DNA of 64,000 nt from a virus. Below the pieces are notes generated by a model that had not been told where the DNA came from, ran no database searches, and saw only the letters and a program-made list of their open reading frames with translations. Made by a program: the position numbers and the translations under genes. Numbering within the stretch: position 1 is the stretch's first letter; each line of letters begins with the position of its first letter. Shown here in pieces: positions 61,386-64,000 of the stretch. The stretch covers positions 163,220 to 227,219 of IMG/VR virus record IMGVR_UViG_3300045988_175328. One strand, 5' to 3'.

Positions 61386-61772
61386 ATGCCGTTATTATTA
61401 CAGATTGAGGCTAAGCCAATATCAAGAGAAGAGTATGAGCTATGTCCTAGACGAGATGATAAGCCATATGATGATTTCGTAGATCCTTATATTATAACCA
61501 AGGTTAAGATCGATAAAGATATTGCTATTGATTATAAGATTCCTAATTCTTATGACAACATTAGGATTTATCGTGATGATATGTGGGTATGGCCCGCTAT
61601 TCTTCGCCGAGGAGAAGTACTATCGTTAGAAGAACTTACCGAAGCTAAGAATAAGCTTAATTCTATTCGTAAGAGAATATACGATCAAAAGTTTATGGTT
61701 TATGATGAATATCGTAGAAAAAAAGAACTTCGTGCTTCTAATAAGCCAAATCTTGAAGTCATATATTTTTGA
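61386..61772 (+). CDS. hypothetical protein
   Basis: 128 aa from ATG 61386 after GAGGTGAG. Confidence 0.7.
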   Translation: MPLLLQIEAKPISREEYELCPRRDDKPYDDFVDPYIITKVKIDKDIAIDYKIPNSYDNIRIYRDDMWVWPAILRRGEVLSLEELTEAKNKLNSIRKRIYDQKFMVYDEYRRKKELRASNKPNLEVIYF

Positions 61773-61868
61773 TTTCAATAGCTGATATCTTCATTAGGTG
61801 CGGCTAAGTACATTATCATCATCAAAAATCCTCTTTCTTGAGATCTTTGACAGAAAGGAAGTGACCCC

Positions 61869-62180
61869 ATGGAAAGAGCTGATCTCATTCGTATGTATAA
61901 TGAGTTAAAGCCTATTATTAAATTTTTTAATTCGGGCAAGACTAACAAATTCTTTAGTTACGCCACGAATCTTCGGTACGGAGCTAAAAATCCAGAAGAA
62001 TGTCCAAATGCTTTAGCATCAGAATTAAGAGATTTTATCAATAAAAACTGTATGACAGAAGAGCAGGTAGATTTGTTTATCCAAATTATCTATTCCATCA
62101 AAGATACAGTAAAAATTGCCGATATTAATCTCGTTAAAATTCCTCTTGAAGAATTAAAAGTAATTAAGGCGCAGTTATGA
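61869..62180 (+). CDS. hypothetical protein
   Basis: 103-aa ORF, AAAGGAAG RBS; H2 box at 61824 upstream. Confidence 0.7.
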   Translation: MERADLIRMYNELKPIIKFFNSGKTNKFFSYATNLRYGAKNPEECPNALASELRDFINKNCMTEEQVDLFIQIIYSIKDTVKIADINLVKIPLEELKVIKAQL

Positions 62181-62491
62181 GAATATTAACCTATCAAGAG
62201 CTTCTTAGTTTACCGGATCCATATCTATATATACGTGATGTTATCTTTGCGATTTCGATTAATTCGAAGACAAAGGCTCACGATTTTACAGATTTATGTA
62301 AGCTATTTGAAGTTGTTAATACTTATATCGGACGACACGATAAGATGCTCGAAGAATTTCGAGATATTGCTGTGACTCATTTTAATTTAACGAATAATTA
62401 TCAAGGTACTTGGGATTTAATTTCAGAACTCTGCGACGAAAGGGTGAAGCCGTTATATGATAAGTTCAATAAAAGAGATACTCAAGCATGA
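62177..62491 (+). CDS. hypothetical protein
   Basis: 104-aa ORF, ATGA overlap. Confidence 0.7.
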   Translation: MRILTYQELLSLPDPYLYIRDVIFAISINSKTKAHDFTDLCKLFEVVNTYIGRHDKMLEEFRDIAVTHFNLTNNYQGTWDLISELCDERVKPLYDKFNKRDTQA

Positions 62492-62939
62492 GAACTCATT
62501 AATTGAAATCGCCGGACATACTGAAATGAATAAATCTAAAATAGCGCAAGCATTATGCTCTAAAGTAAGGCCATCATTATATGTCAATACTTCGAGAAAT
62601 AAAGTATATGACGATGTCGATTACTACATCGAGACAAATTCTCTCGATGATATCGGGCCGCTTACGAAATATATGAAGCTTGTCGTCATTGACGATATAT
62701 TTTTTATTAACGCTAAGTACAAGAAAATAGTATACGCTATTAAAGAATGGCTTTATAATAATCCAGAACTTAATGTCGTCATTATCAATCAGTTACGGCA
62801 TAAGATAGGACTAAACGATACCAACGAATTTGTTCCTTACATGGATTATTTATTGCGCTCATATTCAGATGTAAGATATATCGCATCGCTTCAAATTAAA
62901 GGAAATAAATTCAAGTATGGATTGGACAGGATTAAGTAG
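62457..62939 (+). CDS. hypothetical protein with Walker-B-like hhhhDD segment
   Basis: 160-aa ORF overlapping previous gene by 35 nt; KLVVIDDIFF; no intact P-loop seen. Confidence 0.55.
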   Translation: MISSIKEILKHENSLIEIAGHTEMNKSKIAQALCSKVRPSLYVNTSRNKVYDDVDYYIETNSLDDIGPLTKYMKLVVIDDIFFINAKYKKIVYAIKEWLYNNPELNVVIINQLRHKIGLNDTNEFVPYMDYLLRSYSDVRYIASLQIKGNKFKYGLDRIK

Positions 62940-62987
62940 TTAGTGCTATAATATACTTAAAATAGCATTAATGAAAGGATTACTGGT

Positions 62988-63587
62988 ATGATTATCTGCA
63001 TTACTGGGCCTTCTGGTTCCAGCAAAACTACTATTTCTGCGTTACTCGAAGTAAAAGGGTTCTTTAGAATTGTAACTTCGACAACACGCAAACCTCGTAA
63101 GAATGAGCCACTCGATGCATATAATTTTGTCGAAGAAATCACAGAAGATGATTATCTTTGCATTACTGAATATGCCGATGAAATCTATGGCATCGACAAG
63201 AAACAAATCGAAGAATTGAATCCAGAGTTAAACTATGTTGTTGTCCTCGATGAATTAGGATACGAAGAGATTCGAGAACTTTACAAGGGGAAAGTATATG
63301 GATTCTATTTGAATATCTTAGAAGATACAGCGTTGAAACGATTAAAACAACGCGGAGATCTTCCGACAGATATTGCTCTTCGATTACAAGCTGATCGTGA
63401 ATTACATCGATACGATAAACGTCTTGATGATAATTCTACATACGATCTAGCTATCTTTGGAGATTTAGATCCATATGTTATTATTCGTCAAATCATCGAT
63501 TTTATCAATGAGCAAACTGAATCGAATATCGATGAAGGCGAAATGATTTTAGCGGCGATGAAAGCAAAACAAAATGGATCAAACTAA
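62988..63587 (+). CDS. guanylate-kinase-like nucleotide kinase
   Basis: 199 aa; ITGPSGSSKTT P-loop, TSTTRKPRKNE, EYADEIYG match the Gmk signatures GPSGxGK, TTRxPRxGE, EYxxxxYG. Confidence 0.75.
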   Translation: MIICITGPSGSSKTTISALLEVKGFFRIVTSTTRKPRKNEPLDAYNFVEEITEDDYLCITEYADEIYGIDKKQIEELNPELNYVVVLDELGYEEIRELYKGKVYGFYLNILEDTALKRLKQRGDLPTDIALRLQADRELHRYDKRLDDNSTYDLAIFGDLDPYVIIRQIIDFINEQTESNIDEGEMILAAMKAKQNGSN

Positions 63588-63873
63588 TTTTGAAGAAGTA
63601 TTCTCAGAGATAACGGAGTTGTTTAAATCTAAGAATACAAATGGATATGGTTCTAAGCATATATTTCAGAACTTTATTCTAGCAGCTGAACGCCATTTCG
63701 GATCAGCTTCTAAAGAGAATATTTTTAAAGTAGCTGAAATATACAAGGATAAACATATGGTTACTATTTCACAAAATGGTATCCATACTTCTGAACTTGA
63801 AGAAAGACTGAAAGATATTATAGTATATAGTATCTTACAGATTCTGATGGTTCGAGACAAAGATCTTCCTTAA
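63574..63873 (+). CDS. hypothetical protein, possibly all-alpha MazG/DUF1599-like
   Basis: 99-aa ORF; KSKNTNGYGS ... LEERLKDIIVYSIL pattern only; weak. Confidence 0.55.
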   Translation: MDQTNFEEVFSEITELFKSKNTNGYGSKHIFQNFILAAERHFGSASKENIFKVAEIYKDKHMVTISQNGIHTSELEERLKDIIVYSILQILMVRDKDLP

Positions 63874-63892
63874 CGGAAGGTCTTTTTTTTTT
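63861..63892 (+). terminator. intrinsic terminator
   Basis: agatcttcc-ttaac-ggaaggtct then T10. Confidence 0.85.
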
Positions 63893-63909
63893 ATTATATG
63901 GAGGATATT

Positions 63910-64000
63910 ATGGTTGATTTTAAAGCATATTTACTTAATTATATTGTAAATGCTGACGTAAGTTTCCTTGAGAAGATTAAGTTGTATAATAATGCTGTTA
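63910..64000 (+). CDS. hypothetical protein, 3' end beyond the window
   Basis: ATG 63910 after TGGAGGA; open to the end of the window. Confidence 0.5.
   Translation, partial: MVDFKAYLLNYIVNADVSFLEKIKLYNNAV

Noticed and set aside
22356-61843. H2 boxes as ordinary intrinsic terminators
   Set aside because: The A-tract is 5' of the hairpin on the + strand, so a U-tract would follow the hairpin only for minus-strand transcripts. Yet nearly all genes are on the + strand, and the true + strand terminators in the window look different (GC stems followed by T runs).

Overview
This is an AT-rich segment of a large Firmicutes-type tailed phage or prophage. Every credible gene except one HU homologue is on the + strand. 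I recognised no tRNA, rRNA or CRISPR array, and all motif coordinates and copy counts were read by eye. Layout:
- 1-16.7 kb: virion tail and fibre module. It holds a 1670-aa Ala/Lys/Glu-rich coiled-coil fibre with tandem repeats, a 790-aa repeat fibre, two tail-collar/HxH fibre-tip proteins and a T7-lysozyme-like amidase.
- 17.4-22.2 kb: a 1600-aa protein with the beta-like R-x3-GKG and beta-prime-like RxPxH plus DFDGD signatures. These mark a single-chain two-barrel RNA polymerase of the YonO / crAss gp66 class.
- 22.2-28.9 kb: small early-like genes. Their spacers are packed with several families of conserved hairpins, some with compensatory covariation.
- 28.9-31.3 kb: about 2.4 kb without credible ORFs. 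It contains a GNA-triloop/tandem-GA hairpin array, AT palindromes, four promoter-plus-hairpin units and a GTAC-rich iteron field.
- 31.3-43.7 kb: a visibly more AT-rich array of about 30 small genes from a few expanded, domain-shuffled paralogue families.
- 44.2-46.4 kb: a small gene interrupted by an IStron, that is a group I intron with P/Q/R/S core elements fused to tnpB.
- 47-54.4 kb: small genes including MqsA-like, Panacea (DUF4065), HigA-like HTH and DUF262-like proteins.
- 54.4-55.9 kb: an ORF-free, GNRA-rich, terminator-capped candidate large structured RNA.
- 56-64 kb: small genes including a 3D-domain protein and a guanylate-kinase-like protein.
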